From Eledone cirrhosa (taxonomy: Eukaryota): a stretch of DNA of 64,000 bases. This document shows, piece after piece, positions 45,296 through 58,249 of this stretch. Where the stretch lies: contig OZ024740.1 in the NCBI GenBank assembly GCA_964016885.1, forward strand, positions 79,670,001-79,734,000, written 5' to 3'. Every line of letters starts with the position of its first letter. The stretch's first letter is position 1. The position numbers and the translations under genes are program-made. Under the pieces are notes generated by a model. That model searched no databases and was not told where the DNA came from. It saw nothing but the letters and a program-made list of their open reading frames with translations.

Positions 45296-45679
45296 TGTCT
45301 TCGAACCACTTCAGTGGTCACTGCTATCGGGGTGGGGTTGCCACCCACAAGAGTGAGCCCGGTGAGATAATGCTTTCGCCATTCTGTCTACTGGGATCTT
45401 GAGGCAGCTTACGTCTGGAGTTCCTCACACCAGAGAGCGTTCTCTTACACCGTCTGAGCTTGTATGATTAGGCTAGCGATGGTATAGGTTGCTGATATTT
45501 ACATCTGTCGACTTACACTCACTCATATACACCCTGTGGCTTTGCTCTGCATGCCTAGTTTGACATTACCACATGGTCCTTGGATGCCTTTAGCGGAGTT
45601 CAATTTGTTGAGGACACCTTACTCTCTCCACATCTTTTTTGAAGGCTTTGGAAAGGGTAAAAGGTACTGTCTCCTCTCT

Positions 45680-46100
45680 GCCTAAACAGTTAAAAAATGT
45701 CTGTCTTACACAATAAATACATTTCTTGTGATTTAATGGAAGGCCATTGTTGCGTAATAGTGTTGTTAAGTTTGAATAAAATGTCAATGTCTTCTTTTGA
45801 TCTACCATAGACTAGAATATTATATGTAATATTACATGTTAGATTTAGATTTGCAAAGACTGCTAATGGTTTCCTGAAATTCTCCAAATGCTAAAGAGAT
45901 TACATAAAAATACAATATCCTTCTACTCTTGTGTTGATTTAATCCGTTCGAAGAAGCAAATATTGTTATATTACATGAGAATGGATCTAATTCTATTTGG
46001 TGATAAACTATGTTAAGATCCAGTTTTCAAAAGTCGCACGATCTATTCAAATTCTTTAGTATCTCGTCATTTGATGTCGGATAGCTATAGGTGTTATATG
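45680..46100 (-). mobile_element. Gypsy LTR-retrotransposon RT remnant
   Basis: Minus strand DEILKNLNRSCDF*KLDLNIVYHQIELDPFSCNITIF...GEFQETI...NILVYGRSKED...LRNNGLPLNHKKCIY; matches the order of Gypsy RT motifs. Confidence 0.75.
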
Positions 46101-46304
46101 TAGGTTATATATAAAATATGTTATAATTATCAAATATCATTCCAGCCATGACCATACTGTCTATTCTTTTGGAATAGAGTATCCCGGAAAACATTATTCT
46201 ATGTGCTATTTCTAGGATGCTTTAAAAGAATATTCAACTCACGGTGGATTACCAGAATCGCCAGAGCACCCGACTAAATTCCTGCGCCACTTAGTTACAG
46301 CCAT

Positions 46305-46747
46305 TCATTTATTATTTATTATTTATTTTGTATTCGTTTTGTCTGGAGTGAAGGACTGCGACCAATTACTTCGCATTCCTTCCGTGGAGACTTGTGAAAT
46401 TTACACGGTTAATATTTAGAAGCTGACGGCTGCATTAATGATATGTGCAGGAAGGATATTCCACAAGATCGAAGTTCTGGGAGTCAGGACTGGGTGTAAT
46501 GGTTAGTGTGGAGGCTTGGGGAGTAGACACAATATGGGGAAAGAGGATAGACAAATGAGCCGATAGTACCTGAGTCGAGGCGAAACGAGATCAGCTACAC
46601 CTAATGAATAAAGTTCACTGTAGTAACAGTGGAAAAGACAGAGTGAGGAACATACGTCTGTGAGCCAGAGACTCAAGTGTGTTGATGAGCAACTACATTC
46701 CAATCAGTCGATTGGCTTTTCTTTGGATATGGTTTAGGATGTCTGTA

Positions 46748-46804
<57 letters not shown>

Positions 46805-47060
46805 GTAATGTTTGAAGTAGCAGCAGCACTATCTTAGATATGGAAGCAGTATCCATTGTGGGTCTCACCTGAGATTTGTAGAGATAATAGTTGTTTGAGG
46901 CTGAAGTATTTTCTTGCTCTGAAGAGGAAGGCCAAGTTTTTGTGATGCAGTTTTGGCTTTGTTGAGTATGTGTGTTCGTTAGGAGAGATCCTCAGTGATA
47001 GTGAGGCCTTGTATATATAGCGGGATTTTAGTAGTGCATTCTCAGCCCATACATAGCAAC
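46305..47060 (-). mobile_element. Jockey/CR1/L2-group LINE 3' remnant with (TAAA)n tail, split by a (CAG)/(CAA) microsatellite
   Basis: LAFLFRARKYFSLKQLLSL..SQVRPTM..CFHI and LAHRR..SLCLFHCYYSEL on the minus strand. Confidence 0.75.
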
Positions 47061-47099
47061 CTACAAAACCATATAGAAGAACCGGCGCATAGAAAAGCA

Positions 47100-48340
47100 T
47101 CTAAATGTAACTGCCATCTACCTGACAAAGCCCTTTACAAAATAGATGCCTAGAGACAAATATAGTATACCTATGTACTATAAATTCAGGTAGCTTAGCA
47201 TGGCATTACATTGGTTCCACAGCTGGGGAGTTTAAGAAAAGGTGGTACGTACACAGACACTATATGACTAACAGGAATCTCTCAAAGACAACGACTCTCG
47301 CCAATAAAATCTGGCAACTCAAAGATGCAAACATGGAATATAAAATCAGCTGGACAAAGCTATCAAAAGCAAAGGCCTATCAAATTGGTATGTCCCACTG
47401 TGGTCTCTGGAGCTTTTCCAAATTTTAAATTACAACAAAATTCTTCTTAACAGTAAAATTGAAAAAAATATTTTTTGTCGACATAAATCGGCAACTAAAT
47501 TTGAGAACTTTAGACCAGCTTAATTCCATCTTATCTATTCCATAACCCAGAGTGTACCACTTGGATCTATTATGATATCACATTATCAACATCATCATCA
47601 TTATAATTATAATTGTCATCATCTATCAAAGAACAAGATCAAAACCTCTTATATTTACATTCTTATTTTATATATCTCTATTTTTTACTCTTTATTTTAA
47701 TATTTCTCTCGCTAAATTTATTTCTCCTCTGTCATTTTATTTTATTATATAATATAACTTAAAACTAATTAATTTATTTATTTATTAAAATAACCAATAC
47801 ACACATAAATATATGTAACATTATCATATTTTCACTATTTTTTCATATATTTTTTATATATCTATTTTTATTTTTATTTACATTTATTCATGTATTAACG
47901 TTTATTCATCTATTTTTCCCTCTATTCTTCTCTCTATCCTACGTTATTTTTACTTATGTTTGTCTCTCCTCTATCTGACATCATCTTCTATATATCTTTC
48001 TCTCTTTATATTTCTATCTATAATAATTTCTCCTTTTCTTCTTCTTTCTCTTTTTCTTTTTCCTTCTCCTTCTTTCTCCTTCCTTTCCTTTCTTTCTTTA
48101 CTGTATCTATCTCCCTTCCTTCCTCCCTTTCTTTCTATATCTTTATTATTAATATTATTATTGATGATGTAATTTGAATTTTTGTAATTTTGCCGGTTAC
48201 ATATATTTTTTTAACAGTTTCTGAAGATCTAATAGAGTTAACATCGTATTTAAAATTGAGTGGCACTGCTTTTAGTGTTCAGCAATTTTTAGACATCTCT
48301 ATCAGTGAAACAATTGTTAGACTGCAAATAAATCCCCTTT
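47100..48340 (+). mobile_element. Penelope-like element 3' portion: GIY-YIG remnant (47100-47520), AT-rich UTR and terminal hammerhead
   Basis: KCNCH...PLQNRCLETNIVYLCTI...YIGSTAGEFKKRWYVH...TTLANKIWQLKD...W...AY....C.L...LLNSKIE...CRHK. Confidence 0.87.
48215..48324 (+). ncRNA. Type I hammerhead with long stem II
   Basis: CAGTTT-CTGAAGA-TCTAATAGAG...CTCTATCAGT-GAAAC-AATT-GTT-AGACTG, followed by AATAAA. Confidence 0.75.
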
Positions 48341-48572
48341 TTTGTACTGTTAACCATGTTATTCTCCACTTTTTCCATGTGTATTACTCCAAGATAAACT
48401 TACATAGGAATACAAGTGAAATCATAAACTCGTCATTTACGTAAACCTCTTGTTGAGTCAAGCAACGCCGTACGCTAAAACTATCCATAATAAGAAGTAT
48501 TCACATTCTTTAATTGGATTACCTATAACGATATTTTGTTATCCTTTATATTTATATATATACATATATACA

Positions 48573-48651
48573 TAGGGTGTCCCAAAAATGCAAACACACT
48601 TTGATTTATTAGAATGCTGTTAAAGTATGTATACATTTTTTGGACACCCTG
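48573..48651. mobile_element. Tiny Tc1/mariner-type MITE
   Basis: TIRs AGGGTGTCCCAAAAATG / CATTTTTTGGACACCCTG. Confidence 0.75.
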
Positions 48652-48729
48652 TGTGTGTGTGTGAAAATATTTTTTTCCGATCTTTCCTTTCTTTCGTATT
48701 TTAATTTCTCCCATCCCATATATATATAT

Positions 48730-49385
48730 ATAGGAACGAGTAGGACCCCGACGGCTGAGCTCAAGCCGTTTCAACGGCTAATTCTGGACTAAATGAAAAT
48801 TTTTATCCTGGTATTTGAATAGCCGAGCTTCTCAAGGGGTAATTCCATATATGGTAAAAGTGATTGTCACAAGGATTGGTCAAAAGTTTGTTGTTGAGAC
48901 ATAATAATTCTATGATGGCAATTTAATTGCTTTTTAACACTCGGTATTTTTCTATATATTTACCCCATATTGTTCTACTTATTGTTTCGACTTCCTCCCC
49001 CTCCCCCTCCCTAGTATCTTCTTTGAGTCGGCACTATCAACGCATGAATGGGTCTCCTCCACCCCCTCTCCCTCTTTCTCCTACTGGCAGGTTCAGCTAG
49101 CCTTCCCTCCACAAATTGCCATCATAGAATTATTATGTCTCAACAACAAACTTTTGACCAATCCCTGTGACAATCACGTTTACCATATATGGAATTACCC
49201 CTTGAGAAGCTCGGCTATTCAAATACCAGGATAAAAATTTTCATTTAGTCCAGAATTAGCCGTCGAAACGGCTTGAGCTCAGCCGTCGGGGTCCTACTCG
49301 TTCCTATTACCCACTCTACTACCCTAAGTATTGAGTACTTCGGTGCGTTATGGTCCACCTGGTTCCTTACCACATTTCCTCCGTT
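48730..49385. mobile_element. Head-to-head inverted cassette in (TA)n with U3-A8 hammerheads
   Basis: 48730-48924 is a near-perfect inversion of 49113-49307. Confidence 0.87.
49197..49292 (+). ncRNA. Type I hammerhead with U3-A8 core variant (inverted twin at about 48744-48841)
   Basis: Stem I ACCCC/GGGGT, core TTGAGAA, stem II CGGCTA/TAGCCG closed by G-C, GAAA, stem III ACGGCT/AGCCGT, GUC cleavage triplet. Confidence 0.78.
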
Positions 49386-49410
49386 ATATATATATATATA
49401 TATATATATA

Positions 49411-49479
<69 letters not shown>

Positions 49480-49631
49480 TCTTCCCTTCATTCTACACAT
49501 CTCACACATATTATACACACCACGCATCTCAACGTACACCCACTTACATCTCTCTCTCCACCACCGGACCTTGTTACCCGGAGATTTACCCATTTGCATT
49601 GTCGAGGCTTCCAAACGACTTAAATATATAT

Positions 49632-49908
49632 ATAGGTGAGACAACATGTGTGGTGTGCAAACAGATCTTCAAATTAATCTCTGGTCTTAAAAGACATATA
49701 ACGGTACATAAGGATGACATCCCACAAACTGACCCAATCACTCCAATAGAGGGCGCATTTTTTGTCTGTCACATTTGCTGCACACCGTTCAAATCTGCAG
49801 CTGGACTTAAAAGCCACCTAAGAGGCCATGAACGGACGTATGGAGTTGGTGACGGTTGATGGGGGTGCATAGGGAAGCGGCAATCATCTGCATAGATGAA
49901 CTAACCAC
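49632..49908 (+). mobile_element. RTE-type LINE 3' end with two C2H2 zinc fingers
   Basis: CVVCKQIFKLISGLKRHITVH and CHICCTPFKSAAGLKSHLRGH; homologous to the inverted copy at 49925-50420. Confidence 0.75.
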
Positions 49909-49924
49909 TATATATATATATATA

Positions 49925-50420
49925 TGGTGATTGCTTCATCTTTGCAGATGTTTGCACGATCTGCAGCAAATGTGACAGACAAAGAATGTTGCCTCTAATG
50001 GGTTGATTGGGTCAGTTTGTGGGATGTCATCCTTATGTACCCTCATATGCCTTTTAAGACCAGAAATCGGTTTGCAGATTTTTTGGCACACCACACATGT
50101 TGTCTCACCTATTATTGGAGGGATAGTACTGCATACAGTTGGCTTTTCATGCGATTGTACCCATATTTACAGAGCAGTAGACGACCACACACTTCACAAT
50201 ACCAGCTCCCTATGTTTTTATTGAGGTTCATACTGTGGCTTTTTCGAAGCTGACGTTTATGTTTTCATGATCAAGATGTCTCTCTTCAAACATTCTGCAG
50301 CCTTCTTTCACATGTCCTCTCCATTTAAAGCAAGCACTTCCCAGTTCTGAACCTCAAACTGAAGGTTGTTTTTTATGCAATTTTTTTCTTGGTTTGTGGT
50401 GAGGGCGTTTCCCAGTGTGC
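49925..50420 (-). mobile_element. RTE-type LINE 3' end with C2H2 fingers (longer copy)
   Basis: Minus strand GKRPHHKPRK..CIKNNL...NWEVLA, then WYCEVCGR, CVVCQKICKPISGLKRHMRVH and CHICCRSCK. Confidence 0.78.
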
Positions 50421-50729
50421 AATTGATATATATGTGTATATATATATATATATATTCACCCAGCTTATGCTGACAGAATAACTATGTAGCTTGTGCCCTT
50501 CCTATCTACAGTTAGCTTTCCTCTTTGTTGTTACTTGTCTCACTCGCTTTACGCGTTTTAATTGTCCTAATAACTTAATTTAGTTATTATTGCACCAACG
50601 TGAGGTATATGATTTTTAATGCAATGAAATATCTATGATCGTTGGCAAATCACTGATGAGGGACTCATTTTATAACATGTTATCCATGTGCAACCTGCAG
50701 TATTCTTCTCCCCATTTTTTCACATATAT

Positions 50730-50879
<150 letters not shown>

Positions 50880-51372
50880 ACACACACACATATATATATA
50901 CACACACACATATACATATACATAAAACACCGTAATAAAAACAACACCTTCTTAAACATACTTAGCACCTCTATTAATGATTTCAAAACTAGTAGTAAAA
51001 TTTTTGTACATGCCGACAAAACTAATAACATATACAGCCTAGATTATAATACCTATAGAAAGTTTATATATAATGAACTACATAAAAGCTACAAGAAAAC
51101 CACTATGATAAACTTAGAAGATATTAATATGGAAGGCTATAATATAGTATCCAAACTAGGGCTCCAGAGACATACACAACCTTATACCCCAAACCCCCCT
51201 AGATTCTCTCTGAAGGACCATAAGGAGGACTTCATTAGCAACCCCTCGATTAGACTCATCTGCCCCTTCAAGTCTGACATTGGCATTATCAGTAAAAAAA
51301 TTCTAGATAAAATCATCCCACAGATTAAACACAAGATTTACCTTAAACAATGGGGAAATACGGGTGAAGTGA

Positions 51373-53109
51373 TTGAATGGTTCAAAAATATCAAAGATAA
51401 CAAGGATAAAAAAAAAATTTATTCAATTTGATATCAATTCTTACTACACCTCTATTTCCCCTATCCTACTAAATAAGGCACTTATAATGGCCATGGACAA
51501 TAGTGACCTGACTAGACCCCAGATTGATGTCATACTTGCGGCCCGTAAAACACTAATCACCTTTGAAGACCAATTATGGACCCGCAAAGATACGCAAAAC
51601 AACTTCGACATTACCATGGGGTCTAGTGATTCGGCGCAGGTCACTGATTTAGTCGGCCTATATTTACTTAACCAAATCCATAAGGACCTTCCTTACCTCA
51701 GCGGTGGTTTGTATCGCGACGATGCACTTCTACTTATAGATTATAAAAAATTCAATATAGAAAGAACTAGAAAACTATTGCACAAAACATTCAAAAACTG
51801 TAACCTTAGTATTACCATGGACAAAAACACCAAAAACGTCAACTTCCTAGACGCCACACTCTACCTAGACTCAATGATATATGCACCTTTCCACAAACCT
51901 AATGAAAAACTCATCTACGTAGATACCAAGTCTAACCACCCTAGATCTATATTAAACTCTATCTCTAAGGGAGTATCTAATAGAATCTCTAATCTATCCT
52001 ATGACATAAACACATTTAACAATAACTCGCAATATTATAATCAGGCATTAGCTAGATCAGGCCATAATACAGGGATAGAGTTCCTACCTACAAAAACGCA
52101 TAGCTACAACATTATTTCACACATGTCCATGAGAAAATTTAATAATAGGAATAGCAACCACACACACACTAATAGAGATGATAACAACAAAAGTAACCCA
52201 CACCACAGAAATTACCATAGTAACATTAAAGGAAACAAATCACCAGACATAAAAAACAGAAATAGAAGAAGAAATAATACATTTTTCAACCCTCCTTTCA
52301 ATCTAAACGTCTCTACCAACCTACCTAGGGCTTTCTTCTCACTACTGGATAAACACTTCCCATCCGGCCACAAGTACCATAGCCTTTTAAACAAAAACAC
52401 TATTAAAATCTCATACTCTACTACGCCTAACTTAGCATACCACATAGCTAGTAGCAATAAAAGAAAAATTAATTCTTACTTCCAACAAACTAAATCACAA
52501 CAGACGATAAACCTTCAAAATAACATTCAAAATAACATTATAGCAACTAACCATAATACCAATAGAAATAATAGCATTAGTACTAGTGTAAACATTAACG
52601 CTGCGAACGACAACCCACATAACCATAACCCTATAGCTAACATCCAAACTTCTACACAGCATATTAACCGGCAGACTAACACCCAGAATAATTGTAACTG
52701 TAGATCAAATAGAACCTGCCCTTTAGATAAAAAATGCTTAACCAAGGATATCATATACTCATGTACAGTCACAACTAACAACTCTTCTGAAACCTATATA
52801 GGCTCTACTTCTAACTGCTTCAAAACTAGATACAATTCGCACCTCCACTCTTTCAAAAAACACAGTCTAGCCAACTTCACTTCACTATCTAGCTACATAC
52901 ACTATCTAAAAACTAAAAATAAAATATATACATTTAAATGGGAAGTGGTAGGTAGTGCAACATCGTACAAACCACCTAATAAATTTTGTAACCTCTGTCT
53001 ACTAGAGACCCATACTATCATCTTCTCTAACCATAATCTCCTTAATAAAAAAATCAGAAGTGTTCGCATCTTGCCAACACCGCTTCCGACACTCTTTCCA
53101 AAACTTTAA
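51373..53109 (+). CDS. PLE reverse transcriptase / GIY-YIG endonuclease (continues upstream in another frame from about 50925)
   Basis: [66 protein letters not shown]...[20 protein letters not shown]. Confidence 0.88.
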   Translation: MNGSKISKITRIKKKFIQFDINSYYTSISPILLNKALIMAMDNSDLTRPQIDVILAARKTLITFEDQLWTRKDTQNNFDITMGSSDSAQVTDLVGLYLLNQIHKDLPYLSGGLYRDDALLLIDYKKFNIERTRKLLHKTFKNCNLSITMDKNTKNVNFLDATLYLDSMIYAPFHKPNEKLIYVDTKSNHPRSILNSISKGVSNRISNLSYDINTFNNNSQYYNQALARSGHNTGIEFLPTKTHSYNIISHMSMRKFNNRNSNHTHTNRDDNNKSNPHHRNYHSNIKGNKSPDIKNRNRRRNNTFFNPPFNLNVSTNLPRAFFSLLDKHFPSGHKYHSLLNKNTIKISYSTTPNLAYHIASSNKRKINSYFQQTKSQQTINLQNNIQNNIIATNHNTNRNNSISTSVNINAANDNPHNHNPIANIQTSTQHINRQTNTQNNCNCRSNRTCPLDKKCLTKDIIYSCTVTTNNSSETYIGSTSNCFKTRYNSHLHSFKKHSLANFTSLSSYIHYLKTKNKIYTFKWEVVGSATSYKPPNKFCNLCLLETHTIIFSNHNLLNKKIRSVRILPTPLPTLFPKL

Positions 53110-53504
53110 ACCCTATATATAACAATGTCAGACTGGAACCGTCACCACCCCTAGCAATTAGCATCAGTAGCACACCTTACACCTCATCTCCACACCCATC
53201 TATATACTCTAAAGGTAATAGGGGCAACATTATAGTACCATCTACCCTGGGGATACCCCCATATACTTCTAATTCTGATATCTTGGCCGTGGATTACTTA
53301 AACTGCATTGCACAGATATATGATTAATATAAACTGTGGACACGGTATTGGTTGTGCTAACATAATCCTGTGCATGGAGTGCCACCATGAGATAGATTGA
53401 TGATTAAGTAAGTAATCTTATTATTATGTGACTATATATTCTATACGATGAGTACAATGAATTATGCACAGGTGATACATGAGTTAGGAGTTTCTGTGTT
53501 GCTT

Positions 53505-54150
53505 GATGACCTGATTAGTATCTTTTGATGAGAGAACTGGTCCCCGGACCACCCTGGTGATATTTGAATTTACCGGGGGTGCAGTCATACAATGACCCGA
53601 AACTTGCCGGGAGTATTGTATGATAATAAGACCATTATTAGTAATAAGACCCTTATTAGTAGTGAGACCCATATAATTAATTTTGAAGTCTGAATCTTCT
53701 TATAGATTGTCCAGGTGTGGCACTCCGTATTAGATTGTAATCATCATGATATGAACTCCTTTAGTACTTATTAATAGACTCCACTCTAATTTGTAGGTAA
53801 GATACCTAATTTAATTTATATATGAGATAGGAGTTTATCTATTGCTTGATGGCCAGACTGGTGTCTTTATATGAGAGATTTGATCTCCAGACCACCCTGG
53901 AGATATTCAAATTTGCCAGGGATTCAAACATACAATGACCCAGAGCTTACCGGGAGTCATATATAATAATAGGACCATGCCAGGTCTTGCGGGTGGAATT
54001 ACACTTACAAAGAACATTGATTTGGGGGTCTGACTCTTCTTATAGAATGTTCAGATATGACACCCCTTAATAGAAGGTAATCATCCTGATATATACACCT
54101 TTAGTACTTCTTAATAGACAACACTGTAACCTATAGATAAGTAACATAAT
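53505..54150. repeat. Diverged tandem duplication (about 340-bp unit x2) in the PLE 3' UTR
   Basis: GACCACCCTGG..GATATT...CATACAATGACCC and TCTTCTTATAGA...GTAATCATC...CCTTTAGTACTT each occur twice, about 340 bp apart. Confidence 0.82.
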
Positions 54151-54934
54151 CTAGAAATTAGTTATAACATCATATGATAGGCACCTATTTGAAACACCAT
54201 TAATCTATTTTAGGATAATAAATTTAACTAAGAAAACCAGCTAGTTACCTCCCCTTACGCATTAACTCCCCTTGGTTACACACACACTTCCGGAATATAA
54301 TATCATCACACAAAACTAAACAACATGATCTATTAATTAAGAATCGACAAGATATGGTTTATAACTTGGTTATATGCCGAACCATCGTGGATTATATGAT
54401 AGACCCGTGGTCTATATATTGCGTCTCATGGATTATGTGAGTGGTGGTGTACGCGAAGACAGTGGTACTGTTTTGCCTACGATATAATATGTTTTATAAT
54501 ATGTTTGATATTTTTGATATTTTGGTGTTTCTCTACATTCGGGATTGTATAGCATACAGGTGTATGCGAAAAAATGATTTAATAATTCAGCCCACATAAT
54601 AATATCGATTGCCTGCTTCTACTGCCTGACCCTGCAAGTAACAATCTGACGCACTCTAATCCTGTATAAATAAGACACGCGTGCATGCTACACGTGAGAT
54701 TGTTCCATACACTGACTACTCTAAACTTTCCTCTTGCTTTATCTTCATAGACTGCCAATGCTTCATTTTTATTTTTATTTTTATCTTTATTTTTATCCTT
54801 TAACCTTTATATGTAAATTGGCATGCTATATCATTTTGATGGATGTCATCACACTGTGGGTCAGTATGTGCATATGTTTTTATATGTCTGTTGTGTTGAA
54901 AAGGGGGTCAAGTATGTTATAAATCACTGAATAG

Positions 54935-54990
54935 TTGCTCCGAAGAATCCAAACCTCGGTTTGGAGGGAACAATTGTAAGCAAATAAATG
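54935..54990 (+). ncRNA. Hammerhead-like motif at the PLE 3' end (core CCGAAGA, probably inactivated)
   Basis: TTGCT-CCGAAGA-ATCCAAACC-TC-GGTTTGGA-GG-GAAAC-AATT-GTA-AGCAA, then AATAAA. Confidence 0.68.
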
Positions 54991-55025
54991 ATTTAAACTG
55001 AACTTTGATTATTGTAATCTCTCTC

Positions 55026-55107
<82 letters not shown>

Positions 55108-55112
<5 letters not shown>

Positions 55113-55128
55113 GACTTATACACGAGTA

Positions 55129-55182
<54 letters not shown>

Positions 55183-55202
55183 TACTCGTGTATAAGTCGT
55201 AT
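55108..55202. repeat. Perfect palindrome centred on (TA)n
   Basis: ACGACTTATACACGAGTATGC-(AT)n-GCATACTCGTGTATAAGTCGT. Confidence 0.92.
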
Positions 55203-55859
55203 CGGTAGATACGTTTCATTGTAGCTTTTCACGTGGTATTTTGGTGAAAAAGGTTGCTACATATACACTAGTATGTACATGTTAGTGTATGTGTGTTCAT
55301 ATTGTGCTTGAGTCGGTGTATACATATGAGTGTTTTAACTGTGCTAGGCGAAACATTTAGAGTTATCATCGACATTTAACTGTGCCAATTGTTGTTGTTG
55401 TTGTTGTTATTGTTGTCATGTCTGCTACACTTAGCTCAGCTTCACTTCCTGGCACTTCACACGTATGAACATACACCCATAATGACTTTTTCTCATGCAC
55501 TATTTACACACACTCACATAGATTAATAGCAATACCTACACATACACACACTCACACGCTTCTCTAAGACATGAAGCAAGTAAAATAAAATAAACACAGC
55601 TACAGGCACACATACCCAGACATTTAGAGAAATACGTACACACATGCAGATGTACCCGAACACATTGCACACACAGACAGAAACACACGCACACACACAT
55701 AGACACACACACACACACACGTATACACACACACGAGCGTATGTATATATATATATATATATATATATTGGGTCGTCAAGTATGAAATTTGTAGAAATTT
55801 GTAGAACAAAAACAAATTTTTACAAATTTCATACTTGACCCAATCTATATATGTAGAGA

Positions 55860-55919
<60 letters not shown>

Positions 55920-56092
55920 AAGAGAGAGATAGAGAGAGAGAGAGAGAGAGTGGGGTGAGAATGGAGGGGGATACAACAGAGGCTTAAAATACATACACAG
56001 AAATACACATTAATAGACACAGGCGGACATATACACATTTTTTTACGCAGAGACATTTTACCATATGACCTAACACGTAAACATACACCCTG

Positions 56093-56222
<130 letters not shown>

Positions 56223-56305
56223 GTACTCTGACAAACTCATATACCAAAGATACAGACACATCCATGACATGTAGATATAGCACAAATATGATTGTCGTTA
56301 TATAA

Positions 56306-57123
56306 TCTATATATATAAAACTGTGGTTGTCTGTCTGTCTATCGATTTTTGGCACACATCTCCTCTTAGAATCTCTCACGGAATTGCACCGAAATTGCTA
56401 TACTTGTACATTGAGCCCTAGCGAAGACATCGGAAAAAAAAAATTTCAAATTGACCCACCCTATGTGACGAAATCGAATATAATGTATCGATTTTTGAGC
56501 GTAATTTATCAGTTATTTCCCTTTGTTCTGTTTACATTGAGCGTCTTACGTAAAAAATTACGCTGGCTTTCTCAGCGTTTAAAATGACATTAACACAATA
56601 CACGAACAGTTGTCGTCGAGCCAGCAAAATATTGACCTGCAAAATTCATCAGTTCGAACACTAAGCTTACGTTTTGCTTCATTTCCATTTAAAAGCATTT
56701 TAAAACAATATTTTTACTTGAAAACAAGTCTATTTAAAGACTACGTAAAACAAGCAAATATTTCAGGCGTGCAGACAGACAGTCGTGCAGAGAGGTGATA
56801 TAGGCGTGCAGACAGACATAACTGATAATTTGGTTACGCTAATGTTTTTCTCTGCGTTGCAGTGTTTACATTTTCGATCTTTGTTAATAAATAACCAGTG
56901 CAGTTTTTATCCCCAGCATCCTCTTTTGTTATAACATTCGGGTTATCGTTATGTTTTCTTAACTTCATAAGGCATATTGTTGGTTGAGGGAATATTAATC
57001 AAAAACACCACATGCAAGTCTGCACAGTAGACATTACAGTTTTTAAGCCAAAAAAGAAACTTAACATTGTAACTTTAACACAGCTACTGAGCGACCCCGA
57101 GCAACGCCGGGCTTTACTGCTAG
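56306..57123 (+). mobile_element. Non-autonomous Helitron
   Basis: Starts A|TCTATATATATAAAA with (TCTG)n; ends in hairpin CCCGAGCAACGCCGGG followed by CTAG|T; no TSD. Confidence 0.85.
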
Positions 57124-57284
57124 TATATTATAAATCTGTAACGATAACACAGACATGTTATATACTGTAACATGTAGAAATAAACATTTCTGTTGTTACA
57201 TATAGTGTAAACATGTAATATTAATAAAACACACACATACGCGTTGTGTACCATATGTAGATATATAACATTTCGTTCTTATAA

Positions 57285-57642
57285 GTGTTTCTACTTTTGG
57301 CACAAGGCCAGCAATTACTCCAGTGTATTACTGGTGCTTGATTTTATCGATCCGTAAGGATGAAAGGCAAAGTTAACCTCGGCGGGATTTGAACAGAACG
57401 TAAAGGGACATAACTATGCTGCAAAGCATGGTGTACGACCCTCTACCGATACTGCCAATTCACCGCCCCAAAATATTGATATACTACCGATACTGCCAAT
57501 TCACCGCCATTTTTTTACCGACCCCGTAAGGAGGAAAGGCAAAGTTAATCTCGGCGGGATTTGAACTGAGAACGTAAAAGGCCATAACTCTATGCTGCAA
57601 AGCATAGTGTCTGACGCTCTACCGATACTGCCAATCCACCGC
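57285..57642 (-). mobile_element. Two SINE copies
   Basis: Reverse-complement consensus. Confidence 0.87.
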
Positions 57643-58249
57643 CATTTTCTTTTTATAATATTGCGTACTCACGTTATATGCTACATCATTTAGAAATGAC
57701 ACCTTCCCCCACATACACTCTCACAAATTTATACATTTATGTTGTATAATGTAACATGTAGAAAAATCACATTTCCGTTGTTTCGTATAGTGTAATGTTG
57801 GAACAACATATACATGCGCACTCATATTGTTTACTGCAACATGTAGAAACAACAATTTTACTTTGTTATATATTATTAGAATTTTTTCCATACGCTGTCG
57901 CGTATGTGTATATGTGTGTGTATGTGCATACATTTATATGTATGAGTATGTAAATATAAACGCGCAAACACAGACACACAAAAATACACACTCACAGACA
58001 TAAATTCATACAAACACACACATACATTCACACAAACACAGATATACATTTACACAAACATACACATACATATATACTCACACAGCGTAGGTTTTTTTAC
58101 CACCCCCTTCCTTCATTGTACACGCACATTCACGTAGGCAACAGACGTAAAGAGAAAGGAGTAGTATGAGGTAGTCAAACTACTCCTCTCTCTTAAACGT
58201 GTTGCAACAGAATCGCAGAAATATATATAGAGACATCATAAGCATAATA

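Larger units (their letters stand above)
50925..55025 (+). mobile_element. Penelope-like retroelement, 5'-truncated, inserted in (TA)n
   Basis: [27 protein letters not shown] and GIY-YIG domains, a 1.9-kb 3' UTR and a terminal hammerhead-like motif; microsatellite on both sides. Confidence 0.93.

Noticed and set aside
49350-49859. Host C2H2 zinc-finger gene
   Set aside because: The ORF starts in (TA)n, lacks TGEKP linkers, and its inverted homologue is joined to RTE LINE sequence.
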